A stretch of 64,000 nt of DNA from Perna viridis (taxonomy: Eukaryota): assembly GCA_037379345.1 (NCBI GenBank), contig CM074520.1, positions 10,726,001 to 10,790,000 on the forward strand, in the 5' to 3' direction. This document shows positions 37,034 to 52,520 of this stretch, in pieces. Under the pieces are notes generated by a model. That model did no database searches, had not been told where the DNA came from, and was given only the letters and a program-made list of their open reading frames with translations. Each line of letters starts with the position of its first letter. Positions within the stretch are counted from its first letter, which is position 1. Position numbers and translations under genes: made by a program.

Positions 37034-39109
37034 TACTACAAATGAGATTTGATAACGTTTTACACAAGACAGTGCATTTAACAAATTGTACCAAATAAAA
37101 TAAAGAAACAACAGATTATTTCATACACACACACTCAAGATAGGACATTTTGTTTGCAGAAATTTCTAAATAATTAGTTAAGATTGATGGCAATTATTTC
37201 AATAAGCGAATGAATTCATTTTTTTAGAAAATATATACATAAATATGCTCTAACTTGTAAGAGTTGAGCAACTGAGTACTCAAGTAATTGAAAGTTAATC
37301 AATATGTTTTATATAGTCAACACCACAGGAAAATAAGTAGAAAGAAACGTACTCAAGAAGATATCATTTTAATTTAATACAACTTCATGTGTGTGTGACT
37401 TCTTATGGTTAGAACAACCATAGCTTGTATAATGTATATCAAAAGTTGCTACCTCTAGTAAAAAGGGACATGAATCAAAAATCATACTTTATCAATTTTG
37501 AAATTCAAAATTTAACTGGTTATGTTGTACATTCAAATTATATGTACATACCGATAGGCATGAACTTCATATCATATTATTTTACATGCAATGTACACCT
37601 AGAAAGGATTTGTTATTATCACAAATAAAATGCAAAATTAATGTATCATTCATCCATACATTTGATTGTATGCCCATATATTGTAAGCTTGAAAAGATTG
37701 ATATATTTGAGGAGCTGTAACAACAGAGGCCCAGAACATGTGCTTCAGCTCATCAAGCTTAGTAGCAATCCAAAACATGGTAAAAATATCAGTAATTAAC
37801 ATTACGCACAGTTTCTGCAGTTTAAAAAAAAATAAACCCCTCTGTTCAGTATAAACACATCAAACCATCACTTACATGTATGGCTAATCAAAATGATAAA
37901 TGAATGAATAAATACAAAAAGAAGAACAATTGTGTAAAAAAACAAAGTAAGTATAGAGTTGAAATAAATTAACTTATTTTGTTACACACATGTAACAACT
38001 CACTTGTTCCATGTCCTGACTGAATAAATGATAATACATGTCAATAAATACTTACAAAGGAAATAGGGAAACTAGTAGACAAATTATCCATACTATGAAT
38101 TTAATTTCTTACGAATGTCATCACAGATATCAAATTTCATTCGTTTTCCTGATGACTTAATCTTTGCATTAATTTCCTCTTCTTAGATAGAGAGCAAAGT
38201 AATGTGCCAGCAATTGTGTATTAATATTACTGTGCTTGTTTTTTTTTCTCTGCATCGAATTGATTGGTTTAAGAAAGTGTCATTACATATGTTGTCACTT
38301 TGTGACAAGTTGTTTGCACATTTATTTTATTTTAACATTTGAACTCTTATTGGTCATATTCTCAATACCAACAAAATTAAAGTGAATGTGTTTTATATTA
38401 CACAAATATAAAAGAATCTTAGATAGCCAAGGGTTACGGGCCTGCCCGCCCCTCCATTTATACAAAGGTAGGGACAAGACCGTAATCAATGCCTAGCGAA
38501 GATTATAAAAAAGCTACTACTCGGAAATTTGCCACACATCCAGATTTTCGTTTTACATTTATATAAAGACAGATTGACGGACGCTAGAGGAAAGGAGAGA
38601 AAAAGCGTTAAACTTAATATTCTAGCAATAAACATGGTCAACATCTCCATATTTTTTTCAAGCCATGGTTGCTAAATATGATTCTTTAAATTTATATATG
38701 TCATTTTCATGACTAATTTAGTATTTATGGTGCTTTCTCTTGATTATGGATACATTTATCCTGTTCCTCGTTCCAATGTCCTCAAAAAAGAACATCGTTG
38801 GGCGCTCAATTATTAAATAACAGAACAAAACATGTTACACTATTGAAACTTGAAAAATGTACATAAAGAATCTAGAAATTAGAATATACGAATAGCCGCA
38901 ATTAGTTTTTCTAAAGTTCAGGAATTGTCACCCTGAATTACTTAATATAGGGCATAACCTTTTCTCATATAACTTCGTAAAGATCCACACCCATGTGCCT
39001 AGTGATTGCTGCCTAATGCCTTCATGGATATTTTAAGCACCTCCATTACTCATTTTCTACTTATATCCAAAAGAACTTGAGATCAATGATACTATATACA
39101 CTGTGAAGT

Positions 39110-39462
39110 CATATCTTGACCTACACTTACGGTGTATCCATCTGTACTATGAAAACAGACTTGTTCAACATGTCGTAGTTTTCCTTTCTTCTTTCATCTA
39201 TCCCGGACGTAACTTTTCATGAGAAAACTTGCTGATGTTTCTAAAAAAAAAACTACAGGAGGCTTATCCTACCGGTGCACCTTGTCCATGCTAACAGTTT
39301 TTTAGTCCGAGTTGCTCATTTACTTTTGTTGCTTTGATTGTAAGAATTTGTTTTTCGTTTTCTTTAAATCTTTGTTGTGTGTGTCCGTTTTCCCTGTCAC
39401 GTCTTTGTCCATGGATTACATTCGTGCGATTTCCGATAGAATCTTAGTTGCCTCGATTACTC
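39110..39462 (+). mobile_element. Penelope-like 3' end
   Basis: Homologous to 54455-54760 and to the reverse complement of 47290-47620. Confidence 0.7.
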
Positions 39463-39526
39463 TTCCACTGCCATTCCACCAACGTAAAAACTGAAATAAA
39501 CTTGATTTAAATGCTTTTAAATTATT

Positions 39527-39603
<77 letters not shown>
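39527..39603. repeat. (TC)n(AC)n microsatellite
   Basis: Direct reading. Confidence 0.95.
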
Positions 39604-42106
39604 TGATTTACACGTCTTTGTTATTTAACTTTAAGGATCGTTTGAAACATTTTTGTATACATGTACTAGAAACATATCTTGAAAAAGTGACTTCACAGTT
39701 TTGACATAAGAAATTAATTGTTTTATTGAAATATCTCACTCGTCTTCGAAACCTGTACTTCAATGAGACTTAACCAGTTCATATATTTTTATTTGTTCAG
39801 CAAGGTAATTTTCATTGAGTATAGTAGTTGCATTGAATGTACATGTAATTTGTCTCAAACCCACAGACTTCCTTAAAATTTGATAATAGTCTGTATTGTT
39901 TCCCTTGTTTAATTTTTGCCAATATGAATGTCCTAACATTACACAGCAAGAAATACAGATGATCCTTACCAATGACTTTATATCCTAAATAAAGAAACTG
40001 TATTTATTTTGAAGTAAATCAGTCAAGTAGATGAAAATTTTTGTGGCACAGATTTTTAACACACGGACCGATAAGCTGATTCATGTATACATCGTTGAGT
40101 AGGGATATAATTTCGGGCTAAAAAAACAAAGTCATCATTTCTCTTAAACAATTCAGTGTTGTCAAAAACGCGAATTTTCGTCGTGCAATTTTTTAATGAT
40201 GTGTGAATGGTTTTTCAGCTAATTAACTAATTAATAACCTATTAAACTAGAAAATAAAATAATACCACTTCATTCTGCATTCAATGCATTTGTATCTTCG
40301 GCAACTTAACTACACCCTGAAATAATCATTTCCATTAATTCGATTTTAAAAATTCCTATCCTGGAGTAAGTCATTGTCCTCCAACATTTCATTCCTAAAT
40401 CACTTTATTGTGTATGTCTGTTTTCCATGTCTGGTCTTTTTTTCTTGAATTACATTCTTTTGATTACCGCTATAACCTTGGTTCCTTTTATTATTCTTAC
40501 AACATCCTAACTAACAAATTTAGATAGAAATAACGTCAACTTCTGAAATTTTTACTCCGGGGTTTGAATATGAAAGCTCTCAAATCCTTATTCTGTGCAT
40601 AACTTTTGGCTTTTATTATTTACTGCTGCTACAAATTTATTGTTATCTGCGCATGCTCCAAACAAATTATCAACATATTTATTTGAGTTCGAAATTAATT
40701 TTATTCATATTTTTCTTGTTAACAAATACTTTTACTGATCATCCAAATCATCAAACCTTCAGGTTTGATAATATTTGAGGATATAATAATTGATTACGAA
40801 TTTTATCTTCTTCCTTTTGGTGGATATTTGTAAAAAAAAGTTGTCAAAAAAGTTCAGTTACGTGTTCGAGCATACGCAGTTATAACTTGTCTTGATCTTC
40901 TGGTTCCTTACCTCATACCTTCAGATTGGATGGTATGGTAACGACGATGGTTATCCTGTAGATACTTGGGAAAAAATAATGTTAATAAATATAACAAAAA
41001 AATTATCCTTGTAAATCGTATCTGTCCCTGCAACGCCAAGCTAGGACGGCATAGAAGTAAATCATATTTCTTAAAGCAGCAGTAGTGACTTTTTGAAAAA
41101 AAAATGTTGATGACTAACTGTCTAGATGGTTGCCTGAATTTCATAGGCGATAAAACTGTCTAGTAAGATAAAGTCAGGCATCTTCGTGCTATTTTTTTTT
41201 ATTATATTCAATGTATATTTTATATCAAAAAAATAAGTTATGAAAAATGAAATTTGTAATTCACCTTAGGTCGTTTAGCGATCCCATTTAAAGGAATTTT
41301 AATTTCCCATGACCCTGCTACCCTCCTCATTTTTACTTGGATACTTATACATGTAAGTCAAGTTTGTCAATATGTTTGGTAGTTGATCAGAGCAATGTGA
41401 CAAATTGTGAGGGATACCACAGAGTTCCACATTTTGTAAGCATTTTAAAACCTTGAAGTAGAAATCACTCTGATTGTTTCATTTTTATTACAAATTGCAT
41501 ATAAAATATGCTAGGTCAATAAAAATCAAATGTTTTTTTTTTTGTTAAAGTTCTGATTGTCTACCCCATTTCGTGGTAATATGCATAAATATAAACAAAT
41601 GATCATAGTGATTTTTTTTTTTTGAAAATTTGCATAAATACCTCAGATGTAGGCACCCTAGAGCTACACAAATTTAATTCAATTTAAGACAGAGAAATGT
41701 TTCATATCGGTGCTAAGCATGTGCAAATGCAGTTGTTGTCACGTGACTATGTACGTATATACACCAACAAAAGAACAAGTTAAACAATTTCATATATGAG
41801 ATATATGCTCATAAAATGACATAAATCATTATATACTGCTGCACACACGTGAAAAACACGATACATATGCTTCTAGAAATTTTATTTTATTCCATTTTAA
41901 CATGCTTTGTAAATGATCTTACAGATTCAACGTAAAGGTGCTTCATTCAAGCCATTCTATACATTAAATGTTATGTAGTATGTTGAATAAGGACCTTTAG
42001 ACTGCTAAAATGATCCATTTAATACACAGGACGAACGCTTGACGGTTTATTTTGAACCTGATATTTACATATTACTTAAACATGCAACATTTAAATGTTT
42101 GCTGTG

Positions 42107-42313
42107 ATAATTGTAATCACCACATTTAACAATGTTCCAAATACATAAATGTAATCACCAAACATTTAACAATGTTCAAAATGCATAATTGTAATCACCA
42201 AACATTTAACAATGTTCCAAATGCATAATTGTAATCACCATACATTTAACAATGTTCCAAATGCATAATTGTAATCACCATACATTTAACAATGCTCCAA
42301 ATGCATAAATGTA
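42107..42313 (+). repeat. 40-bp minisatellite, ~5 copies
   Basis: Unit ATAATTGTAATCACCATACATTTAACAATGTTCCAAATGC, head to tail without spacers. Confidence 0.9.
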
Positions 42314-43364
42314 AGAATTGTAGCAGGGAATAGAAAGTCCACGTAATTTTGGCAAAAGTATTGGTATTAAGTATAAGTTGTGATAAGGAAATATGCAGGA
42401 GCTAAAGGAATGTTGACGCACTCAAATGGAAAGTTGATGATAAGGCTTATGAAATTGAATTTACTTTGTTCTGCTATTCATTTTATGAACACCATTATCT
42501 TCAATAACGTGGTTTGTTTGCATACATTTGTAATGGAAATTAAATGAATGAAGTATGAAAACCAGGCAGTGAGTGGTTTGTCATATCTTAAGATAATCGA
42601 TGAAACTGTATAAATACATATTTACACGAAACAACTATTCCTTTGTTTATATCCTTAGATTTGTTACTTATCATGATATATTTGTTGACATGTTATAGTG
42701 TAAAAGTTCTGGCGGGAAATTTTACCGTATTTTTTCCGTAGAAGAACATAACCAAAATCTTAGTATTAATATCTTCATGTGCATTTTTAAATACAGTTTC
42801 TATTAGGCCTACTGAAGGACTTTCGACTAAAAAGTATTTAGTGTCTTCTATAAATCTTGAAATATCTTTTACTGATTATATTGTACAAATTCTGGCTTGA
42901 AAGTTTCACGTACTAATCCTGCAAATTTTAAGTTTGAATATCTCGAGTGGATTACTTTTACTTGCACCTATATTTACTATTACAGTTCCTTGGAGTCTAA
43001 AGAAGGATTTGCAATAAAAATATTTGGGATTAAGAAATGTTTATTTATAAAGTGAACTTCTACATTGTTTGCTATTTTTTTGTGATTCCACTTTGATGAG
43101 GTATACTAGAAAGCTACATTATTTTACATTAAGGCTAGATCCTTCCTAGATTTGACTCACGTGTACTATGACTAGAGTCTCTTGCAGAACAGGACAGCGT
43201 AACATTTCGGAGTACCCGATTTCACTCCCGGATTTTTTAGATTGTTGATTTTGCAAGAGTTTTTATTTTTGTCTGTGTGAAGGTTTGCTTCCTAAATGTC
43301 AGTTTTTATATGCAATTGTATTTATGTTTACTGTAACACTTGAAGCAGTATTGAAACGTAAGAT

Positions 43365-45600
43365 AAGGAGTAATCAAGGAATCAGGATTCTAACGAAAAC
43401 CATAAGAATGTAATCTAGGGAAAAAAAAGCAGACTTGGAAAACAGATATATACAACAAAGAACATAAAATAACCAAAATAATTCATAAAATTGACAAACT
43501 CGGATTGTTTAACGATAATCAATATAGCGGAAACTGACATTAAAAGATTTAGCTAAACGATGACCCTTCTTTCGGGATAGATCAGCAATTAAGTCAGCTA
43601 CATAAGAGTGAAGGAACAGATAAGCAAGTAGAGGAGCACAATTTGTTCCCATTGGAATACCGACCGTTTGTTGACAAATGCGTCCACCACACTGGACAAA
43701 TATGTTGCCAATAAAAAATCAGGCATTTTGAAACCATCTTCTTCGGTATATTTAGAAGGTGATTTGGAATTATTTTTTAACAAAGTATGAAGAATCTAGG
43801 CGTACCGTCTTTTTTGGAGAAACAATCGTGAATAATGTTTTTGAATCGGGATTTTAACTGAGTATAGGGAACAGAAGTATAGATAGTTGAAAAATAATAG
43901 GTTTAAATGATATTATATTCTGATAACGATCTTATAATGCGTGTTTCCAGAAGATCTTTTGAATTTTTCAGGATTGAATTATTACCACTATGGGAGTTAC
44001 AAGTGTCGTGGTAGGACTTGAGACTCTCTTTGACAGCTGTGAGTATAGAAGTTAAAAGTTTCGAAAGTGGTTTGGCGGTACACTTTGCAGATCCTGCTAT
44101 GTAGCATTTTTTGTATGGATTCTTGTGAAGTGCATAGACGACAGAACACAATCATGGTCTTTGGTAGAGGGACCAAAAGAGGATACTAGATATTTATTGT
44201 TGTCGACTATCACGTCTTCGAAGAGTGTGCAAGCAGTATGTATGTATTGTTTTCTACGTCAACCTCTGATAATAAAAATTGGACGTAATACGTTTTGCAG
44301 ACAAAAACAATGTTGCTTTGAGCTTTGTCTGCTGGTTCTACACAATATTTGTTATGCATAGTAGAAAATGTTTTTCCTACAACAGGGTTTTTGAGAACTG
44401 ATGGAGATTTACACTCATTGACCTACTTTCATACATTTAAAATTTAAAGATCTCAAAGCCTTTACCCACTCTGATATAGAATCAATGTTTTCTTTCTTTT
44501 CGTTTTATCCATTTTGTTGCGTAATCTTCCACGGCATCCATAAGAACTTTAAAGTTATTGTTCAAATTTATGGAGCATGGTTCACGGTATTTGGGACCTT
44601 TAGGAAGGACTTTACGGAAAGATTCGTTTTCGATGACGTTTAAATCTCCCATAATGACTCTATGACCATATAAATGGAGAGTGTTTACAAGAAAAGTCAG
44701 GTGGTTCAGCTTTGAAGTCCTCAATCTCGAGGTCTTGCAATAACCTTTTATAATTGAAAATTTGAATGTAATAGGCGAAGTATAGGAATATGAAATAATC
44801 GGTATTGATGTGTCTTTGAAATACGGGGAATTTTGTTCGTGGCATTTTTTAATGTAGGAAATTAGCCAAATTAATTGCATCTATACCTTTGTTGAAAAAC
44901 AGTAGTGTAAAAAAAACTCATTTTTTTTTCATCTTGACCTTTTATAAAAAACGGGTTTAAAGAGTCTGTGAAAACCAATATCAAAACTGATAGCCACCAG
45001 GTTATACAATGATGAGGTAGGGTCAGAAACAGGAGTGTCAAGACTTGTTTTTGCGAAGGAAGTGTAGTAGAGCGAGAACTTTAGAATAGAGATTAGTTCG
45101 AATGTGATGAAGTCCAAGAGATTTTTGTATGAGAGGAAGAAGACCATTTCTGAAGTAACCATGAATCTTTTAATTCCACGATTAATTTGATAAAGTACAA
45201 TTGGTTCGTCATCGTTGTAGTCAAATATCATTTAAAGTGATAGAAAATGGTTTGATTAGTTTAAAATTGTTAGATGTTTTGTACTGGAGTAGATCGTCAG
45301 CATACGGAACGTGCGATTGGATAACATTTTTTGTAATTTTCGGGGCAGTAGAATAGTTTGCCTCAAATAAGCAACACGGATTTTAGAATTCAGAAACCAT
45401 GACACATATCCAATCATACTTTAATACAAAAACAAGTTTTCTTCGACATTCTGCGTAATAAGTAAGGTTTACGAATAAAACTCAGGGATAATCGAACTCT
45501 TCGCAAGTTGAATATATCGTTGTATGTTTTCTATTTTGTAGGGATCAAGTTCGGATTCGTCGTGCTTGTGAGCGAAATCAGGGTATTGCATTTTCAAATA
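43365..45600 (-). mobile_element. Large degenerate Penelope-like element (N-terminal region and start of RT, internally deleted, joined to 3' end)
   Basis: LPKGPKYREPCSIN, LHKNPYKKCYIAGSAKCTAKPLSKLLTSIL, GIPMGTNCAPLL (43620-43660) and a 3' tail gagtaatcaagg at ~43368. Confidence 0.8.
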
Positions 45601-46382
45601 TTGTGTTTTACCTTTAAGTAATCCAAATAAAAGGTTGTTTTTTGAAATTAAATTAGGATTTTTCTGTTAACCACATCCGTCATTTCACAACTAGATCATT
45701 AGGATTTTTCCATCCTCTGTTTGGCGGAATGACTTTACAAGGCCTAGTATATGTGAGGATATGTCGCCCTATTCATCCCATATTGGACAAAATGTTATAA
45801 CTTCAGTTTAAAGTTGAAAACCTGCGTAAGCCAAATTACCTCCAAGTTTTCCAGCTTTTCATACCTCGTATTTCCGCTTTCTGAAATCAGTTCTCAAACA
45901 AAACGATTCACATCACAATGGTTTGTTTTATTTATACAAATTATATAGACATTACATTGCAAGCAATCATAAATAATTAAATGATAACAGGAAATATTGA
46001 AAATGATTTAAAAAAAATGATGCAAAATTCATACATAACCATATATAAAACAATATAGAACATGGTTAATTGAAAAGCTTAATAAAAAATGTTTGTTGCA
46101 AAACCTTGATTAAACCTGATAATAAAACAACAGTCTTTAACAATAGCACAAATATACAGTTATGCAATTTATCGAGTATAACTTATACATTTATTACTTA
46201 GCTTTACTATAAAGAGTAATCAAGGGAACCAAGGTTATTTGATTGAGCATAAAGATAAAAAAATCGACAATTAATGAAATCCCAACCAATACACCTTCTG
46301 CTGATTCATAAGTTATAAATAACAATACTAAATAAATCATTTAGGTACCATTTATTATCTTAGTTAACTCCATTTGTACATG

Positions 46383-46384
<2 letters not shown>

Positions 46385-46460
<76 letters not shown>
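46385..46460. repeat. (TA)n microsatellite
   Basis: Direct reading. Confidence 0.95.
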
Positions 46461-46462
<2 letters not shown>

Positions 46463-47287
46463 TTAAAAATAACTATTTCCATGAACATACTAGTCGACGT
46501 TTGATGTCGATGGTGGTTATCTTGAATACTCTGAAAAAAGAACTAAAATTGCATGGAATAATTTTGTGTTATGTTTTGTTACCGTATGTAGTATGTTAGA
46601 AATCATTTATTGTTCCTATCTTGAATGATTTCCAAATATTCTTAAACATAACAAAATTAAAAATGTATTCATTTGGATGTCGTGCTGACTTGAACGTTAT
46701 ACAAAAAAGATACTTGCCTAACATAAAAGACAATAGAGAATTAAAAGAAATATGATATGATATATACATATTGCCTGCAGTAAAGAGTAATATGCCGAAG
46801 TAACACATGAGAGACGTAGTCGAGGGTTATGTATTTTCTGGGTGTATTACTCGGTATATCACCCTCTGCTGCAGACAGTATGTGTTAGATTATACTGAAT
46901 ACTCTTTTTAATATTAAACTCTTGTGTAATGGTTGCAGTTTCTCGGATATAGAAAATTCAAACGGGAATGAAATTTACAACTATTTTAACATTTTAATGA
47001 ATCAACAATGACAAAGGAATAAAAATAAACACTTTCCTGTCAATTGTATCTTTAATGAAAAGGAAAAGGACGCACATACGGACAAGGAAATGTATATCCG
47101 GTCAAGCGGGAGACATATCGTGATGTGGGTGGTATATTCTTAACTCAGAATCACTTTTAAGGGACGGAGCTAGCGAGGAATACACCAAAATAACACATAA
47201 TGCTTATTCAAATGAAATGCGTGTTTTCTATATGAATTATAATATACCTTAATACAAAATCGTCAGACAGACTTGATCATTTCATTA

Positions 47288-47884
47288 AGAGTAATCAAGG
47301 GAACCAAGGTTATAGCGGTAATCAAAAGAATGTAATCCTGATACAAAGACCTGACATGGAAAACAGTAATACACAACAAAGAACATAAAGTAACTAAAAT
47401 CATACATACAAAGTAACAAAAGCAAATGAGCAACTCGGACTCCACTAAAAACTGGGAGCATGAACCAGGTACAACGGTAGGGTAAGCGTCCTCTGCTTTT
47501 CTAGAAACAGCCGCAAAGTTGCTCATAAAAAGTCAAGTCCGGGGTAGACAAACGAGGGAAGGAAAACTATGACCCGTTGAATAAATCAGTTTTCATGGTG
47601 CTGATGGATACACCATAACGATTCACGACTTCATGATAACCACCATAAAACCTCTGTAGTGATGACTTCAATCTTGTAACAACATAACCCTGTTCCAGAA
47701 GCCTATTTGTTAGAGTTCTAGCGCGATACAAAAAGTCTGCGTAGTTTCGGCAAGCTCTGGCATAACGTATGAAGTGTGATATGAACACTCCATACGCAGG
47801 AGCCGAAGTGATGTTGCCACAGATGCAGGGAAGTTGACAATTCTGAATGAAAAGTCATCACGTTTGTCGTAAAGTTTGGTCAAT
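47288..47884 (-). mobile_element. Penelope-like 3' fragment inserted at the 3' end of the ankyrin pseudogene
   Basis: LYDKRDDFSFRIVNF, FIRYARAC...LLEQGYVVTRLKSSLQRFYG. Confidence 0.85.
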
Positions 47885-47929
47885 TAAAAATTCATTGAAT
47901 AGGGCAAACCGTACTTTGTAATGTAAATG

Positions 47930-50415
47930 TTGACATATACCATAAAGGTCTGTAATGTTTCAATGTGTGTATTCTTATTTTCAAATGATTCACTATAGAG
48001 TTCGATAATGGTGTCCTTTTGTACATGTCTTCCGTCAAATGACCTTTTGAATGAGAACAAAGCATTTGTACAATACGTTCGTTTTTTTTGTGACATGCAA
48101 TGTGCAGAGGAGTACGCTTTTTTTTATATCTTCGACCTCAGTTAAAGCCCTGTTCGTTAAAAGTAATTTAACAAAGCAAAGAGGAGTTTGATCAGCTGCG
48201 TTCTTAACATCAACTGGTGCCCCGTTTTCTAGTAATAGTTTAGCAATATCAATATCTCCCTTTTGACAAACAATGTTCAGTATTGATAACATTTCTCCAC
48301 GTTCTTAATGAAAACTGATGCCTCGTTTTCTGATAATAAAATTACAGAAGTATTATCATAACTTGTACGACAGGCAATGTGTAAGGGTGTTTCCTTGTTA
48401 TTGTTAACACAATGAATATCTGCTTTATTTTCTATCAAACATTCAATTACATCTCGATAACCACGCATCGATGCATAATGAATATGTGCACTGCAATACA
48501 TCTGCTAATTTGTGAAATCCCTTTTCACAAACAATATTAAGTGGTGTTGATCCTTTTGCACCCTTCATATCATGGTCAGTTTTTTTCCCAAAGGAATTTG
48601 GCAACTTCCATACCGTATTTGGTACTAGCAGGAACGGTGTTCGGTAGTTATTGTCTTTTGAAATTACTGTTGCGCCTTTATCTAAAAGTAGTTTACAAAT
48701 GTCTGTAAAACTAAAAACAGTAATGTCGGCTTTAAAAAAAAGACCTGTTCATTTATGAGTGCATCTACAGTTATAACATGCCTCCCCCTTGCACATGCAT
48801 ACTATAGTGACGTATTCATCCCGTCATATGTAGCATTAATGTTTGATTTTCTTGAAATTAGCGTTTAAACAACCAAGTCATGTCCGTTTGCTGATGCAAT
48901 ATGTAGACTAGTTTTGCTGTGCTCATTAACTAAATCAATGTTAGTGATTTNNNNNNNNNNNNNNNNNNNNNNNNNNNNNNNNNNNNNNNNNNNNNNNNNN
49001 NNNNNNNNNNNNNNNNNNNNNNNNNNNNNNNNNNNNNNNNNNNNNNNNNNNNNNNNNNNNNNNNNNNNNNNNNNNNNNNNNNNNNNNNNNNNNNNNNNNA
49101 TTGGGCTACTGAATGTAAAACAAATGATATTTTTTTTATCTTGCTTAAAATTATCCTTTTAACAATGATTTTGCATGTATTCTATGAACCTTTTTTTCAA
49201 TATTCTCTATTTTCATTTTTCCTGTCTAAAAAAAAAACGATGAACCTGCCCTAATTTCTATCCACGCACGTTCAAAGTATAAGTGTTCACAAACCCTAGG
49301 AATTTCTATACTATTCTTTAGCGTTTAGTTTATCTAACGACTTTAGAAAGCATCTGTCTTTTACTTCAGTAATGATTTCAAGACATGTTTACTGATACAA
49401 ATGGTTACTACATTGAACAGTGTGTCACTTATTAAACTATAACTTGTATTGTTTTCAACCACGACAGAGCCTTTTAGAGAAACCAGATGTTTTAAAAGTA
49501 TTTGTTTGTTTACAATCGAGGTAAACTTTAATTTTATCTCTCACAGAATTTAGAATGTCATTATTATTATGCATGTGGTTGGTCAATATGTTTATATCTA
49601 AAGCGTTATTTAAAATGACAATTAGAGAAAATAGTAAAACGGTTGGATCTGTATGCTGTACTAAAAATGTTATTTCAGACATCATATAGGGATAGGGATC
49701 CAACAACTCTTTTAAATCTTTTTTCGTAACACTACTACATATATCACCCTTTTAATGCCACTACATATCTTGAGAAAAAAGTGGAACTCCATGATAACAT
49801 CATCACCTAAATATTTCTCTCCGATATATCGCCTTTCTGCAATTGTTAGGCTATTGCCGTCAGAGATATAACTTACATCACAAAAGAGACTCATTTAATT
49901 AATAGGGTCAAAATATAAATTCTGGAAGTTGTAAAAAATTTTAGGCTGTTGTTTTTAAACAAAAGTGATTAAACCCGTTTGTTTTGCTTTCACCACCATT
50001 GTGAGTAGTTTCGTCAACCATACGTTTTCCAAATATATCATCTTGTTAGGGTCACGGACAAGAAGAAAATCGTATCCTTTTTCTTTCAACTCTAAGGCAA
50101 CATGATATGCCGTTAAGGTTTTCCCGCATCCAGGAGGACCTGTTATAACAACAGACTTGTTCAGCTTTGTAGACTCCAACGGAGCTACTGTTGCCCTGGT
50201 TGGTACAAATTTCTCTAACTTTTGTTTCCGTCTGTCAACTTCCAATTGTTGAAACGCTTAACATAGAAAACATAGTTTTTATTTCATTTTCTTCTCGATT
50301 GTGTATAAGAAAAAAAATTAAATTCATCTGTGGTTTGATTTTCTTATATTTGTAATGTATATTAAGAGACGTACTTAAAAACTTACCTTTAATATTGGAC
50401 GGTATAGATTCATTA
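47930..50415 (-). pseudogene. STAND-class P-loop NTPase (nSTAND3-like) + ankyrin-repeat gene, heavily frameshifted
   Basis: FVPTRAT...VVITGPPGCGKT..AYHVAL (Walker A) at 49955-50245. Ankyrin repeats (TPLHIAC, HYASMRGYRDVIECLIENKADI, LLLENGAPVD) at 48035-48930. Short exon ESIPSNIK|gtaag near 50386-50410. N gap inside. Confidence 0.85.
48951..49099. other. Assembly gap (N run)
   Basis: Run of n. Confidence 1.
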
Positions 50416-51989
50416 AAATAGATATATCTTTATACAAAGTTTCATTAAAAAAAGTGACTATTCAATATCAAAATTAGGAGGTTTTCATATCTTTGTGAGC
50501 TCTTTCTTTGAATAATTTCAAAATGTATTTCAGTAGCAGTCTTTCTATGCATTTCTATGCAGGTGATTCATGAATGTCAAAAACCCACTAAATTTAGTTT
50601 TGTTTCTTGTTCAGAAACATTTATTGATCACATAACCAGTCTTAGATTTTTATTTGGTTGTTGCGCTTTTGAGATAAAAATTATATAGAGTGTAAGTAAA
50701 ATTGGCACTTTCCAAGAGTTATCATTGCTTGATTGCAGTAGGAGATGAATATAAGATTTTCTAACAAGTGCAGATCCGAATGCAGAAATGATTATCGTTA
50801 TATGAAAGTTTAGTACATTTAAACTAAAATAACATCGTTTGTTTGGTGGGTTTTTCTTCACCATGAATCACTTTACCATTGGCAGTGTCTGAATTTTATG
50901 TGATCTGGTAATTTTAAAATATACAACCAGACTGACTAAGTTCTTTTGTTGTTATTGATTATAGAATGACGTTTATATAAAGATGGTAGTTATGGAGACA
51001 AAATGTACAGCACAATACAAGAAGTGTTCCCGATTTTAACTTTTACCAAATAGTGTACCTATACATTTTTTTTTCATTTACAAATATTATGAAGTCTTTC
51101 CACACCAGTCTACATGACACGTTTACCAGAACACCTGATATTTGAAAAAAATAATTATCTAACACCTATCAGTCGTTCGTATTTGCTTAGACGTAACGTT
51201 TAAGTTTAGTCTCTGTGTTTCTTAAAACCTTAAAGAATAGATTTTATTTTTAATTGCGCATTGTTTTATACAAACGGTGACATTTTGTTATTCATAAACA
51301 TATTGTAGCGTTTATTTGATTGAATTGTACATTTCAAACAAGTTCACGCCTTAAATTAATCTATGCCATTACTTTTATAAACATGCCTGTTGATGATCCA
51401 TTCAATCTCAAGTTGGCACAAGCAATAAATATGCAAAGCAACCCTAAAAAAATTTTTTTGATCATGACGAAGGATGTTAAAAAACTTTGCTGGTTATGAA
51501 AGTGTTCGTGGTTGTTTTACCTATTTTCAGCAACTAGAACTGGGTGAAAATAGGTATTTATTTTTTTGTCAAAAACACAAATTCAAGCTAAGACAGTAAC
51601 AGTGACAGTAACGACAACTTTTCTAAAGAGAAGTTTTTGTTTTTTGTTATTTAGAAGGAATTAAGAAGCAACATCTTTTATCACAGTTTTTATAAACAAT
51701 ATCATGCTTTGGTGACCATAGAAAGGTGGGCAAACGTCTAGATAAATCAAACAAAAGTGATCCCGTATTGAATTTAGTAAATAAAGACATGAAACAACAA
51801 TCTTTTTTATCGAAATGGGAAAATAAATAACCATAATGTATACCATTATTTTCTCAAGCTTAAATCTATTGCGAATGTTTTAACTCCTTAAATATATGAC
51901 GTGTGAATTAAACTTATCAAAGTATCGTTCTAATCAGTAAAAGTATAAGTTGCTTGTAAAGTGTCTTTTTTATTGTATTTTCACGTGAA

Positions 51990-52520
51990 AGAGTAATCAA
52001 GGGAACACCAAGATTCTAGCGGAAATCTAAAGTATGTAATCAAGGTACAAAAACCAGACATGGAAAACAGAAAAACACAACAAAGGGCATAAATAATCAA
52101 AATAATACGTAAAAAGTAACATAAGTAAATGACTCAGACTACACTAAAAAATTGGAGCGTAGACCAGGTGTACCGGTAGGGTAAACGTCCTTTGCTTTTC
52201 TAGAAACACCAGCCGAGTCCAAAGTAGACGAAGTGGGAAAGAAAAACTACGACGCGTTGAACAAATCAGTTTTTATCGTGCAGATGGATCCACCGTAACA
52301 ATTCACGAGTTCAAGATTCCGACCATAAAACTTCTGTAGGAAGACATCAATCTTGTTGCAACATAACCCTATTCCAGGAGCCTAAATGTAAGCAGTCTAG
52401 CGCGATACAAAAACATCTGCGTAGTTACGGTAAACTATGGCATGACGTTTGAGGTATGATATGAAAAACTACATATACAAGTGCTGACGGGATGTTGCCA
52501 AAGATGAAATGAAAGTGACT
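51990..52520 (-). mobile_element. Penelope-like 3' fragment
   Basis: Collinear with 47288-47840. Confidence 0.8.

Noticed and set aside
42107-42313. Regular 40-bp repeats as a CRISPR array
   Set aside because: Units are contiguous with no unique spacers, the context is eukaryotic and no cas genes are present; it is a minisatellite.
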